From contig CAVSZB010000007.1 in NCBI GenBank assembly GCA_963732385.1, positions 1,120,001 to 1,184,000 of the forward strand: a stretch of DNA of 64,000 bases, in the 5' to 3' direction. The notes beneath the pieces were generated by a model. The model saw only the letters and a program-made list of their open reading frames with translations, made no database searches and was not told the DNA's origin. The translations under genes and the position numbers were made by a program. Below, one piece after another: positions 51,328 to 60,803 of this stretch (the stretch's first letter is position 1; each line of letters starts with the position of its first letter). This stretch comes from an uncultured bacterium (GTDB taxonomy: Bacteria > Krumholzibacteriota > Krumholzibacteriia > LZORAL124-64-63).

Positions 51328-51363
51328 CGCGCGGGGGGACCGGAACGCCGTTCCCCCCGTGCG
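51328..51363. terminator. Hairpin between convergent genes
   Basis: CGCGCGGGGGGA-C-CGG-AACG-CCG-T-TCCCCCCGTGCG. Confidence 0.5.
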
Positions 51364-51386
51364 GTCAGTGACCCGGGCGAGTTGGC

Positions 51387-51650
51387 TCACTGCCCGTGAT
51401 CGAACACCATCTTCTGCACCTCGACCCCCTTGACGGCATTCAGCTTCGCCGCCAGTTCGTCGGCCACCCCCTCCTCGCCGCGCAGCTCCAGCAGCACCAG
51501 GCCGTTGGGGCCGCAGCCCTCGGGGCCGGCTTCGTGCAGGCCGAGACGGGTCTTGATGTGGCAGCCGTACTCGGTGAACAGTTGCTGCACGCGCGGGGCG
51601 TTCTCGAGGCGGTCGGTCACGTGGATGCCGAGGATCAGGTGCTTGTCCAT
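51387..51650 (-). CDS. Small ACT-like protein related to the TM1266 iron-only hydrogenase system regulator
   Basis: ILGIHVTDR..VQQLFTEYGCHIKTRLGLHE..LNAVKGVEV; hydrogenase context. Confidence 0.75.
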   Translation of the reverse strand: MDKHLILGIHVTDRLENAPRVQQLFTEYGCHIKTRLGLHEAGPEGCGPNGLVLLELRGEEGVADELAAKLNAVKGVEVQKMVFDHGQ

Positions 51651-51674
51651 GGGTCTCCTCCGGAGGGGCTGAGG

Positions 51675-53018
51675 TCAGACCGGCGGGGCGGGCGCCCCCG
51701 ACTCGCGGACCTCCCGCGCCGGCAGCGGCTGCGGGAGCGTGAAGGTGAACTCGGCCCACGCGCCGGGCGCGGAGTCGGCGCGCAGGCGGCCGCCGTGCAG
51801 TTGCACGATGCGCCAGCAGGTGTAGAGACCGACGCCGGATCCCTTCTCCTTCAGCAGCTCGGGGGTCTGCAGGCGGGAGAAGCGACGGAACAGCCGGCCG
51901 CGCTCGCTCGCGGGGAAACCGGGACCGTCGTTGCGGACCGCCACGACCAGGGAGCCGTTCTCGCGCGCCGCGGTCACGCGGATCGCGCCGTCGGGGAAGC
52001 CGTACTTGGCGGCGTTGCCGATCAGGTTGGTCATCACGACGCGCGCCAACTCGACATCGCACTCCACCGGTTCCACGGCGGCGGCGGGGGTGAGCTCCAG
52101 CCGCATGCGCCGCGCGTCGATCTGGGGGCGTACCAGGTCGGCGGCCGGTTCGACCACCTCGTGCGTCCAGTCGACGTCGGCGCGGGGGCGCAGCGCCAGG
52201 CCGCCGTCCTCGATGCGCGCCAGGTCGAGGTAGTCGCGCACGAGGCCGAGCAGGTGCTCCCCCTTGCCGATCATGCGCAGCAGCTTGTCGCGCTGCGCGG
52301 GGTCCACTTCGCCCAGGTAGCCGTCGGCCAGCGCGCGGGCGTCCATCACCAGCGAGGCGACCGGGCTCTTCAGCTCGTGAGCCACGAAGCCGAGCATCTC
52401 GGTGTAGGCGTGGTTGGCGCGCTCGAGCTGCTCGATCCGCCACGCCTTCTCCACGGCCTGCGCGAAACGCTCCGCCATCGCCAGGTGCAGGCGCACCTCG
52501 TGCTCGGCGTAGGTGTCGGGCCGGCGGGAGCTGCGGAAGAAGAGCCCGACCGTGCGCCCCTCCACCCGCAGCGGCGCGGTCAGGCTGGCGCGAACCCCTT
52601 CCTTCAGCAAAAGCGGCGTGGAGCGGCTGGCGGGCCGCTCCCGCAGGTAGGCGGCCAGGTCGTTGATCACCCGGACGCGGCTCCCCTCGAGCAGCGCGGC
52701 CAGCGAGCTGCCGGCCATGTCCTCGGCATAGCCCTCCCCGAGCAATAGCGGCGAGTAGGCGGCCCGGACCCAGCGCGACACGACCCGCCGCCCCTCCTCC
52801 TCGACGAAGGCGAGGCCGAGCCGGTCGCACGGGGTGATCTCGAGGGAGGCGTCGAAGACGAAATCCATCACGCCGGCGAGGGTCTCCGCCGCGGCGACCC
52901 GGCGGTTGATCGTCTCGAGCACCTCGCGCTCGCGACCGGAGAACTCCGCCGGAAGGACCGGCGCGCCGGCATCGACGTACTCGAGGACGCCGTAGTGCTG
53001 CGCGAACTCGCCGGTCAC
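51675..53018 (-). CDS. Cytoplasmic GAF-domain histidine kinase
   Basis: GTG overlaps the rex stop; GAF (ASLTAPLRVEGRTVG), AHELKSP, NLIGNAAKYG, NDGPG, GSGVGL; no TM helix. Confidence 0.9.
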   Translation of the reverse strand: MTGEFAQHYGVLEYVDAGAPVLPAEFSGREREVLETINRRVAAAETLAGVMDFVFDASLEITPCDRLGLAFVEEEGRRVVSRWVRAAYSPLLLGEGYAEDMAGSSLAALLEGSRVRVINDLAAYLRERPASRSTPLLLKEGVRASLTAPLRVEGRTVGLFFRSSRRPDTYAEHEVRLHLAMAERFAQAVEKAWRIEQLERANHAYTEMLGFVAHELKSPVASLVMDARALADGYLGEVDPAQRDKLLRMIGKGEHLLGLVRDYLDLARIEDGGLALRPRADVDWTHEVVEPAADLVRPQIDARRMRLELTPAAAVEPVECDVELARVVMTNLIGNAAKYGFPDGAIRVTAARENGSLVVAVRNDGPGFPASERGRLFRRFSRLQTPELLKEKGSGVGLYTCWRIVQLHGGRLRADSAPGAWAEFTFTLPQPLPAREVRESGAPAPPV

Positions 53019-53644
53019 AGCGGTTTCGTTTCCCCATCGCGCCGCGCGAAGTAGCCGGCCTTTTCGACGGTGGTGGTGATGTCCATCTCCTGCACGTGCA
53101 CGCCCGGCGGCAGCCTCAGCGCCACCGGCGCGAAGTTGACGAAGCTGGAGACGCCGGCCTCGCGCATCGTATCGACCGCCGCCTGCGCCGCGGCCGCCGG
53201 CACCGTGATGATGCCGACCTGCACGCCCAGCTCGCGGCAGATCCGCGCGAGATCGGACGCGGCGTGGCAGCGACAGCCGTGGATGACGCGTCCCGCCACC
53301 GCGGGGTCGCTGTCGAACGCCGCCACGATCGTCAGGTTGGGTTTGCGTCCCAGGAAGTAGGCCAGAACGGCGCGCCCGAGGTTGCCCACGCCGACCAGCG
53401 CCACGCGAAGCCCCTCCGGGTGGTCGAGCACCTTGCCGACCGCGTCGATGAGCGCGGTCACCTCGTACCCGCGCGCGGGGCTGCCGGTGAATCCGATGCG
53501 CATCAGGTCGCGCCGCACGAGCGCGGCCGTGCCGCCGGCAAGCGCGGCGAGCTGGTGGCTGTACAGGTAGGCCAGCCCCTGCGCCTGCAGATCGAGCAGG
53601 ATACGACGGTAGATACTGAGCCGATGGATCACCTTGGGCGTCAT
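53015..53644 (-). CDS. rex: Redox-sensing transcriptional repressor Rex
   Basis: RLSIYRRIL, VRRDL, GYEV, GVGNLGRA, AAFD, IITVP, NFAP. Confidence 0.93.
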   Translation of the reverse strand: MTPKVIHRLSIYRRILLDLQAQGLAYLYSHQLAALAGGTAALVRRDLMRIGFTGSPARGYEVTALIDAVGKVLDHPEGLRVALVGVGNLGRAVLAYFLGRKPNLTIVAAFDSDPAVAGRVIHGCRCHAASDLARICRELGVQVGIITVPAAAAQAAVDTMREAGVSSFVNFAPVALRLPPGVHVQEMDITTTVEKAGYFARRDGETKPL

Positions 53645-53672
53645 GATATTCCCGTTCTGTGACGTTCAAATG

Positions 53673-53690
53673 CTGTGACAGCCCTCACAG
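53673..53690. promoter_or_regulatory. Rex-type operator CTGTGA-N6-TCACAG
   Basis: Perfect palindrome 29 nt upstream of the rex ATG; matches the TGTGA-N6-TCACA core of Rex (and Crp) boxes. Confidence 0.75.
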
Positions 53691-53890
53691 CGCCCCGAAA
53701 ACTGCCGGATACCCCGTCCAAAGTCAATAATTTGCCTCTCCGCCGGCATTCCGGCCCCCAGGCGCCCGATTAATGGGCATTTATGGCGCAAAATCGGTTC
53801 CACGAACGCTCGAATGCGGACGATGCGACAGCCCCTTCGCGTCCCGCAGCCTACACCTTTCTGAATACGGTTTCAATACCCAGAATATAT

Positions 53891-53917
53891 ATTAAAGGCC
53901 TGAATTCAGCCTTTAAT
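53891..53917. promoter_or_regulatory. AT-rich nested inverted repeat in the rex/hyd divergent region
   Basis: ATTAAAGG-C-CTGAATTCAG-CCTTTAAT. Confidence 0.45.
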
Positions 53918-54081
53918 TGCCAATTTCACCGCGATTTGTATTTGCTTGCTTTTTTTCAACAGCTTAACACCTTAGCTCGGGGTCCGGCTTTATCAGGACT
54001 GACGCCCGTGATCCCCGCCCCCGCCCGCCCAATCCCGAGCGCGGCCCGCGGGTGCGCCGCGAGCTGCGAAAGGAGTGCGCC

Positions 54082-54462
54082 ATGGCCAAGATCCTGATCG
54101 TCGATGATGATCCCGATGTTGTCGACGCCTGCCGTCTCTTCCTCGAAAAGAAGGGGTTCAACGTCTCGGCCGCCTACAACCGGGCCGAGGGGATGAGCGC
54201 GATCCAGTCGTTCAAGCCCGACCTGGTCATCCTCGACGTGATGATGGACCAGCCCGACGACGGCATCGCGATGGCGCAGGACTTGCGTCGCCAGGGCTTC
54301 AAGGCCCCCATCCTCATGTTGACGAGCATCAGCAAGGTGACCGGCATGACCTACGGCCGGGACAACGATCTCGTGCCGGTGGACGAGTTCCAGGAGAAGC
54401 CGGTCGACCCGGCCACCCTGGTGGCGAAGGTCGAGCGGCTGCTCGGCAAGAAGGAGGGCTAG
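54082..54462 (+). CDS. Single-domain response regulator receiver
   Basis: AAAGGAG RBS; LIVDDD, ILDVMM, MLTS, EKP. Confidence 0.92.
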   Translation: MAKILIVDDDPDVVDACRLFLEKKGFNVSAAYNRAEGMSAIQSFKPDLVILDVMMDQPDDGIAMAQDLRRQGFKAPILMLTSISKVTGMTYGRDNDLVPVDEFQEKPVDPATLVAKVERLLGKKEG

Positions 54463-54466
54463 GCCC

Positions 54467-54988
54467 ATGCTGGTGACGGAACGTGAGCGGCTGCGCGACG
54501 AGATCACGGCCCTGGCCGACCGCCTCGGCCGCGAGCGCAGTTCCCTGATTCCCCTCCTGCAGGAAGTGCAGTCGCGCTACCTGCAGATCTCAGAATACGC
54601 GATGCAGGTCGTGGCCGACCTGCTCGACATCCACCCGGTGGAAGTCTACAGCGTGGCGTCGTTCTACAGCTTCCTCGACCACGCGCCCAAGGGCCGGTTC
54701 GTCATCCGGCTCTGCCGCACCATCTCCTGCGACATGGCGGGCAAGGACGCGGTGGCGCGCCAGCTCCGCAACGATCTCGGCGTCGACTTCGGCGAAACCA
54801 CGACCGACGCCAAGTTCTCGCTCGAGTGGGCCAACTGCATCGGCATGTGCGACCAGGGCCCGGCGCTGCTGGTGAACGACCAGGTCTTCGCCAGGGTCAC
54901 GCCGGAGAAGGTGCACGACATCCTCGAGGCGTGCCGCCGCACCTTCGGCGTGTACGCGCAGGAGAGGAAGGAGGGGCACCCGGTATGA
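54467..54988 (+). CDS. hydC: HydC/NuoE-like [2Fe-2S] subunit
   Basis: SVASFYSF, CRTISC, CIGMCDQGP. Confidence 0.9.
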   Translation: MLVTERERLRDEITALADRLGRERSSLIPLLQEVQSRYLQISEYAMQVVADLLDIHPVEVYSVASFYSFLDHAPKGRFVIRLCRTISCDMAGKDAVARQLRNDLGVDFGETTTDAKFSLEWANCIGMCDQGPALLVNDQVFARVTPEKVHDILEACRRTFGVYAQERKEGHPV

Positions 54989-56178
54989 GCAAGCAGCAGC
55001 AACCCGGTCTGCCGACCTTCGCCGCCATGACGCCCGGCGCCGGGCTGAAGGCCGCGATCGGCAAGGGCCGCGCCGACATCATCGGCGAAATCAGCGCCTC
55101 GGGCATCAAGGGGCGCGGCGGCGCCGGCTTCCCGGTCGGCGTGAAGTGGAACCTCTGCGGCGCCGCCCGCGGCGATCACAAGTACGTCGTCTGCAACGCG
55201 GACGAGGGCGAGCCCGGCACCTTCAAGGACCGCCTCATCCTGATGGAGCACCCCGACCTGGTGTTCGAGGGGATGACGATCGGCGGCCTGACCGTCGGCG
55301 CGAAGGAGGGCATCCTCTACCTGCGCGGGGAGTACACCTACCTGCGCCAGCCGCTCGAAGCCGTGCTGGCGAGACGACGCGAAGCGAAGCTGCTCGGAAA
55401 GGACATCCTGGGCAAGGCCGGCTTCGAGTTCGACATCCGCATCCAGATGGGCGCCGGCGCCTACGTCTGCGGCGAGGAGACCGCCCTGATCGAATCGCTC
55501 GAGGGGCACCGCGGCGAGCCGCGCAACCGGCCGCCGTTCCCGGTCGACACCGGCTACCTCGACCGCCCGACCGTCGTGAACAACGTGGAAACCCTGGCCT
55601 GGGTCGCCTGCATCCTCCAGAAGGGGGCGCCCTGGTTCAAGAGCGTCGGCACCGAGAAGTCCACGGGGCTGAAGATCTTCAGCGTGTCGGGCGACTGCGA
55701 ACGTCCCGGCGTCTACGAATTCCCGCTGGGCATCACCGTGGCGAAGCTGCTCGAGGCGGTCGGCGGCCAGGACGCCAAGGCGGTCCAGGTCGGCGGGGCC
55801 TCCGGTCATTGCGTGCCGCGGTCGGAGTTCAATCGCGCCATCGCGTACGAGGACGTGTCCACCGGCGGCGCCATCATCGTGTTCGGTTGTGACCGCGACA
55901 TGCTCGACATCGCCGCGAATTTCCTCGACTTCTTCAGTGAGGAATCGTGTGGCCAGTGCACGCCCTGCCGCGACGGAAATCCCCGCCTGCTCGAGGGCGT
56001 GGAGCTGCTGCGGGAGGGCCGCTGCTCGATGAGCTACCTCAACGAACTGTGCGGCCTGGGCGAGACGATGCAGCTGGCGTCGAAGTGCGGGCTGGGCCAG
56101 TCCAGCCCCAACGCCTTCCTGTCGATCGTGAAGCACTTCAAGGACGAGATCATGGGCCGCGTGCCCGCGGGCCGCTAG
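54985..56178 (+). CDS. hydB: Short HydB/NuoF diaphorase subunit (non-bifurcating type)
   Basis: GRGGAGFP, ADEGEPGTFKD, GAYVCGEET, GGASG, ESCGQCTPC..KCGLG; no N-terminal Trx-like or C-terminal ferredoxin domain. Confidence 0.9.
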   Translation: MSKQQQPGLPTFAAMTPGAGLKAAIGKGRADIIGEISASGIKGRGGAGFPVGVKWNLCGAARGDHKYVVCNADEGEPGTFKDRLILMEHPDLVFEGMTIGGLTVGAKEGILYLRGEYTYLRQPLEAVLARRREAKLLGKDILGKAGFEFDIRIQMGAGAYVCGEETALIESLEGHRGEPRNRPPFPVDTGYLDRPTVVNNVETLAWVACILQKGAPWFKSVGTEKSTGLKIFSVSGDCERPGVYEFPLGITVAKLLEAVGGQDAKAVQVGGASGHCVPRSEFNRAIAYEDVSTGGAIIVFGCDRDMLDIAANFLDFFSEESCGQCTPCRDGNPRLLEGVELLREGRCSMSYLNELCGLGETMQLASKCGLGQSSPNAFLSIVKHFKDEIMGRVPAGR

Positions 56179-56212
56179 GCGCGCCGCCGCGCGCGAGCCA
56201 AGGAGCCGGAAT

Positions 56213-58141
56213 ATGGCCGAGAGCAAGAAGAACGACGATACGTCACGCGCCCCCGTCAGCCAGCGCGGTCACGCGGTCCCTGTCGCGACCGACATGGCCG
56301 CCATCGGGGCGATGGTGGCGGTCAACATCGACGGCCAGGATGTGAAGGTGCCGCTGGGCACGACAATCCTGAATGCCGCCGCGACCCTGGGGATCCGCAT
56401 CCCGACCCTCTGCAACCACCCCGACCTGCACATCGCCGGCGTCTGCCGGGTCTGCGTGGTCGAGGTGGAGAACCAGCGCACCCTGCAGGCCGCCTGCGCC
56501 TACCCGATCACGGCGCCGCTGAAGGTGAAAACCCACACCCGCAAGGTGCGCCAGGCCCGGCGCCATGTCGTCGACCTGATGCTCGCCAACCACTACGGCG
56601 AGTGCTACGCCTGCGCGCGCAACCACAACTGCGAGCTGCAGACGCTCGCGCATGAGTACGGCGTGGACTTCTTCCGCTTCGGGCACCCCGAAGAGCCGTT
56701 CACCGAGATGGACCACTCCAGCCACTCGGTGCTGCGCGACATGAACAAGTGCGTGCTGTGCCGCCGCTGCGTCCGCACCTGCATCGACCTGCAGGAGGTC
56801 GGCGTGCTGGAGGCCGTCGGCCGCGGCGACCAGACGCACATCGCCACGTTCATGGACAAGCCGCTGGCCGACGTGGTCTGCATCAACTGCGGTCAGTGCA
56901 TCAACCGCTGCCCCACCGGCGCCCTGCGCGCCAACGACCCCACCGACGAGGTCTGGGCAGCCATCGACGACCCGAAGAAGCATGTCGTCATCCAGACGGC
57001 GCCGGCGCCCCGCGCGGCGATCGGCGAGTGCTTCGACCTCGAGCCGGGGCAGCCGCTCACCTTCGAGATGAATTCCGCGCTGCGCATGTGCGGCTTCAAC
57101 AAGGTGTTCGACACCAACTTCACCGCCGACCTGACGATCATCGAGGAGGGCACGGAGCTGATCCTGCGCCTCTACAAGGCGCTGGTGCAGAAGGACGCCT
57201 CGGTGGCCCTGCCGCAGTTCACGAGCTGCTCGCCCGGCTGGGTGAAGTATCTCGAGCACTTCTACCCCGAGTACATCCCGAACGTCTCGACGGCGAAGAG
57301 CCCGCAGCAGATGTTCGGCGCCGTCATCAAGACGTACTACGCGAAGCTGAACAACATCGACCCGGCCGACATCGTCACGGTGGCCCTCATGCCGTGCTCG
57401 GCGAAGAAATTCGAGTGCAACCGCCCCGAGATGGCCGACAGCGGCTTCAAGGACGTCGACTACGGCCTGACCACCCGCGAGCTGGCCAAGATGATCAAGG
57501 AGGCCGGCATCGACCTGCCGAACATGCCGAAGTCCGACTTCGACGACCCGTTCGGCACCGCCACCGGCTCGGGCGTCATCTTCGGCGCCACCGGCGGCGT
57601 GATGGAGGCGGCGCTGCGCACGGTGATCGAACTGGTGACCGGTCTCAAGGTCGAGAGCCTGTTCGAGCACGCCGACATCATCCCGGTGCGCGGCTTCGAG
57701 GGGGCCCGCATCATCGAGCTGAAGATCCCCGCGGTCGGCCCGGTGCCGCCGATGTTCAAGCACCTGCTGAAGGACTGGAAGTGGCTCGAGGGGGCGACGC
57801 TGAAGGTCGCCGTGGCCCACGGCACGGCCAACGCCAAGAAGGTGATGGAGGACATCAAGGCGGGCGGCCCGTTCGCGTCCTGCCACTTCATCGAGTTCAT
57901 GGGCTGCCCCGGCGGCTGCATCGGCGGCGGCGGCCAGCCGATCCCGACCAGCCTCGAGATCCGGACGGCCCGCGCCAAGGCGATCTACGCGGAGGACAGC
58001 GCCTACGCCGTCCGCAAGTCGCACGAGAACGAGGCGGTGCTGAAGCTCTACAAGGAGTTCCTCACCGACGGCCCGTGCGGCCACCTCAGCCACAAGCTGC
58101 TGCACACCCACTATACCCCGCGCGGCAAGTACATCGAATGA
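56213..58141 (+). CDS. hydA: Group A [FeFe]-hydrogenase catalytic subunit
   Basis: [2Fe-2S], His-ligated cluster (HYGECYAC..C), 2x[4Fe-4S]; H-cluster motifs TSCSPGW, MPCSAKKFE, EFMGCPGGCIGGGGQP; RKSHEN..LLHTHY. Confidence 0.96.
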   Translation: MAESKKNDDTSRAPVSQRGHAVPVATDMAAIGAMVAVNIDGQDVKVPLGTTILNAAATLGIRIPTLCNHPDLHIAGVCRVCVVEVENQRTLQAACAYPITAPLKVKTHTRKVRQARRHVVDLMLANHYGECYACARNHNCELQTLAHEYGVDFFRFGHPEEPFTEMDHSSHSVLRDMNKCVLCRRCVRTCIDLQEVGVLEAVGRGDQTHIATFMDKPLADVVCINCGQCINRCPTGALRANDPTDEVWAAIDDPKKHVVIQTAPAPRAAIGECFDLEPGQPLTFEMNSALRMCGFNKVFDTNFTADLTIIEEGTELILRLYKALVQKDASVALPQFTSCSPGWVKYLEHFYPEYIPNVSTAKSPQQMFGAVIKTYYAKLNNIDPADIVTVALMPCSAKKFECNRPEMADSGFKDVDYGLTTRELAKMIKEAGIDLPNMPKSDFDDPFGTATGSGVIFGATGGVMEAALRTVIELVTGLKVESLFEHADIIPVRGFEGARIIELKIPAVGPVPPMFKHLLKDWKWLEGATLKVAVAHGTANAKKVMEDIKAGGPFASCHFIEFMGCPGGCIGGGGQPIPTSLEIRTARAKAIYAEDSAYAVRKSHENEAVLKLYKEFLTDGPCGHLSHKLLHTHYTPRGKYIE

Positions 58142-58168
58142 TAGCGCCGGCTTGACGCGCGAGGAAGG

Positions 58169-58201
58169 GAGGCCCGGCCGCACGGCCGGGCCTCTTGTTT
58201 T
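58169..58201 (+). terminator. Rho-independent terminator
   Basis: GAGGCCCGGCC-GCAC-GGCCGGGCCTC followed by TTGTTTT. Confidence 0.85.
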
Positions 58202-58232
58202 CAGGCCCGCCGCAACAGCGCCGCGTCCGCGG

Positions 58233-60803
58233 TTACCGCGCCAGCGTGACCTTCGTCATGGCGAGCCGCCCGGCGCTCGTGAGCCGCGCGAAGTAGACCC
58301 CCGACGCCAGCGCCCGCCCCGCCGCGTCGCAGCCATCCCACTCGACGTCGCGCCCTCCCGCCGGCAGGTCCGCGTCGATCAGCCGCGCCACCTCTCGCCC
58401 CCTCGCGTCATGGATCGTCAGCCGCGCCCGCCCCGGCTGCGGCAGCGCCAACGTGAACACCGTGCGCGGGTTGAACGGGTTGGGCCGGTTCTGCGCCAGC
58501 CGCAGCGCCACCGGCAAAGGCGCGGCGGCCAGGTGCGCGGGGCCATGCCACGCGGACGCGCCGCCGCCGGCGGACAACTCCTCGAGCCAGTAGTCGGCCT
58601 CGCCAGCGGGCGGCAGAGGGTCGGTAAAGGCGAAGGACGTCACGCCGGCGAGCGGCTCCGCGGTCAGACGGACCCGGTCGCGCGCGGATTCCTCCCGCCA
58701 CACGTGGAAATGCGCGGTCGTGGCCCCATCCAGGGTCCAACTCAACAGCACTCCGTCCACCACCCGCGCGCACGAAAGACCCGCGAGGTAGACCGGCACG
58801 AGCCCGCCCTGCCAACAGGCGAAGTTGGAGGCAGGCATGTCGCCGACTTTCGAAAAGCTGCCACCGACGTAGAGTCTGTCGCCGAGGGAGGCGAGCGCGT
58901 ACACGAAGCTCTCCGGGATGCCGTCGCCGACCTCGTGCCAGCCGGTGCCGTCCCAACGCGCGAGATTCGCGGCCGGCACGCCGTCGATGGCCGAGAACAT
59001 GCCGCCCACGACCAGGTCCCCATCAAAGACGGCGAGCGCCCTGACGCCATACTCAATGTACGCGGGCTCCAGGAAACCGAGCGTATTCCAGGCCTGCCCG
59101 TCCCAGACCTTCAGCCCCGCCCTCCCGCCATCCGTCACCCCGAATGACCCACCGGCGACCAGCAGGCCATTCCAGGAAGCGAGAGCTCTGACCATCGAGC
59201 CCGGACCGGCCCCCACGGGCCCCCACGCCCCATCCTCCCATACCGCGAGCGAAGCGACAGACTCGCCATCGACCGCGGAGAAGGTGCCGCCCGCGTAGAG
59301 CCGTCCCTGGTGGACGACGAACGCGTTCACGCTGCCGAGGCCCCAGTCACCCATGCCGGTGAAGCTGTCCCGCACGACCAGCGGTACCGAGGTGCAGCTG
59401 CTCAGTCCGAACAGCAGCGACCCGTCGTATGCGAACATGGCGTTGATGCTGCGCACCGCCGGCCAGGGCGGGCAGTCACTGCACCAGGAGGTGGTATAAC
59501 AGGGGAAGGGATATAAGGCGGCGGTCGCATCGCCGCCAATCACGGCAGGGCCCGCCGGGCGGACCCCGACGGCGTACGTGTACAAGTAGGACGGAAGTAC
59601 TCCGGTGACCAGGGCCGACCAGTCCTGCCCGGTCCATCGCGCACCCCCTGCGCAGGTCACGGCGCCGGCCGAGGAGAATATGCCGGCGGCCAGGATGTCC
59701 AGCTGGTCGACGGCCAGCGCGAAGACGTTCCGCCCCACGCCCTGACCCGCGGGTCCAAGGCGCTCCCACTCACCGTCGCGCCAGACCGCGAGCCCGTGAG
59801 CCACCTCCCCGACGGTCGTGAGGCCGCCCCCGACGGCCAGCGCGCCATCCCAGGCACAGATGTCGGCAATGAGGTCATAATCACCAGACTGGGTGTAGAA
59901 CCTGGTCCAGCTGGAGCCATCCCAGAATTGGACGCTCTGACTCCTGCCGCGGCCAGCTTGCTCCATATAGTCACCGCACAGCAGATAGAGCCGACCGGTA
60001 TCGACCGCCAGCTTCAACCCCCACGGGCAGTTACCGGGAGCTCCCAGCGACCGCCACGCCTCGCCGTCCCAGGCCTTGACCGTCGTCGTCGAGACATCCT
60101 CTTCGAAAGCCACGAACAGACCCGCTGCGATCAACTCGTCGCCGCAGATCTCCAGATCGTACACCGCACCGCCCGGCCCGCCGGCCAGCGCCGACCACGC
60201 TGTGCCGTCCCAGCGGGCGACGTATCGGGCCTCGACGCCGGCCTGCGTGAAGGAACCCCCGGCCACGAGGACACCGTCGAAAACGATCAGAGCATTCACT
60301 GCGTAGTTGAAACCCGCGCCAAGCGGCGCCCAGGAAACGCCGTTCCAGCGCGCGATGCAGTTGGCAACCACGCCTCCGATCTGCGAGAATCCGCCGGCGG
60401 CGAAGAGGGCTCCGTCCCACGACGCGAGCGCCGTCACCGGTCCGTTTGCCGCGCCGATCTGGACCCACTCCACGCCGTTCCACCGCATCACGGCGGATCT
60501 GTAGGCGGCGATCAGGTCGCCCTCGTGCGTGGCGAGGGCGCCGGCCCCACCAGGCAGGCCCTCGCCGAGCGAATGCCAGGCCACGCCGTCCCAGCGCGCG
60601 ATGTTCGTGGCCGGAACGTTCGCGGCCGCGCTGAATGCGCCCGCGGCGATGAGGTCGCCCTGGAAGTCGAGCATGCAGGTGATCCTACCGGTCACCCCCG
60701 GAGCCTCGAAGCCGGGCAACCAGGCGCCACCTGTGGCGAGAACGAGCGTGGGAAGCGTGAGAACCACCAGCAGCACGACCGGACCGGCACGGGAGATTCG
60801 CAT
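58233..60803 (-). CDS. Secreted WDG-repeat beta-propeller protein (Rax2-like) with a C-terminal FlgD-Ig-like domain
   Basis: Signal peptide from ATG 60803; many GGxF...ARWDGxxWxxLG repeats; QNRPNPFNPRT...WDG...SGVYFARL. Confidence 0.85.
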   Translation of the reverse strand: MRISRAGPVVLLVVLTLPTLVLATGGAWLPGFEAPGVTGRITCMLDFQGDLIAAGAFSAAANVPATNIARWDGVAWHSLGEGLPGGAGALATHEGDLIAAYRSAVMRWNGVEWVQIGAANGPVTALASWDGALFAAGGFSQIGGVVANCIARWNGVSWAPLGAGFNYAVNALIVFDGVLVAGGSFTQAGVEARYVARWDGTAWSALAGGPGGAVYDLEICGDELIAAGLFVAFEEDVSTTTVKAWDGEAWRSLGAPGNCPWGLKLAVDTGRLYLLCGDYMEQAGRGRSQSVQFWDGSSWTRFYTQSGDYDLIADICAWDGALAVGGGLTTVGEVAHGLAVWRDGEWERLGPAGQGVGRNVFALAVDQLDILAAGIFSSAGAVTCAGGARWTGQDWSALVTGVLPSYLYTYAVGVRPAGPAVIGGDATAALYPFPCYTTSWCSDCPPWPAVRSINAMFAYDGSLLFGLSSCTSVPLVVRDSFTGMGDWGLGSVNAFVVHQGRLYAGGTFSAVDGESVASLAVWEDGAWGPVGAGPGSMVRALASWNGLLVAGGSFGVTDGGRAGLKVWDGQAWNTLGFLEPAYIEYGVRALAVFDGDLVVGGMFSAIDGVPAANLARWDGTGWHEVGDGIPESFVYALASLGDRLYVGGSFSKVGDMPASNFACWQGGLVPVYLAGLSCARVVDGVLLSWTLDGATTAHFHVWREESARDRVRLTAEPLAGVTSFAFTDPLPPAGEADYWLEELSAGGGASAWHGPAHLAAAPLPVALRLAQNRPNPFNPRTVFTLALPQPGRARLTIHDARGREVARLIDADLPAGGRDVEWDGCDAAGRALASGVYFARLTSAGRLAMTKVTLAR

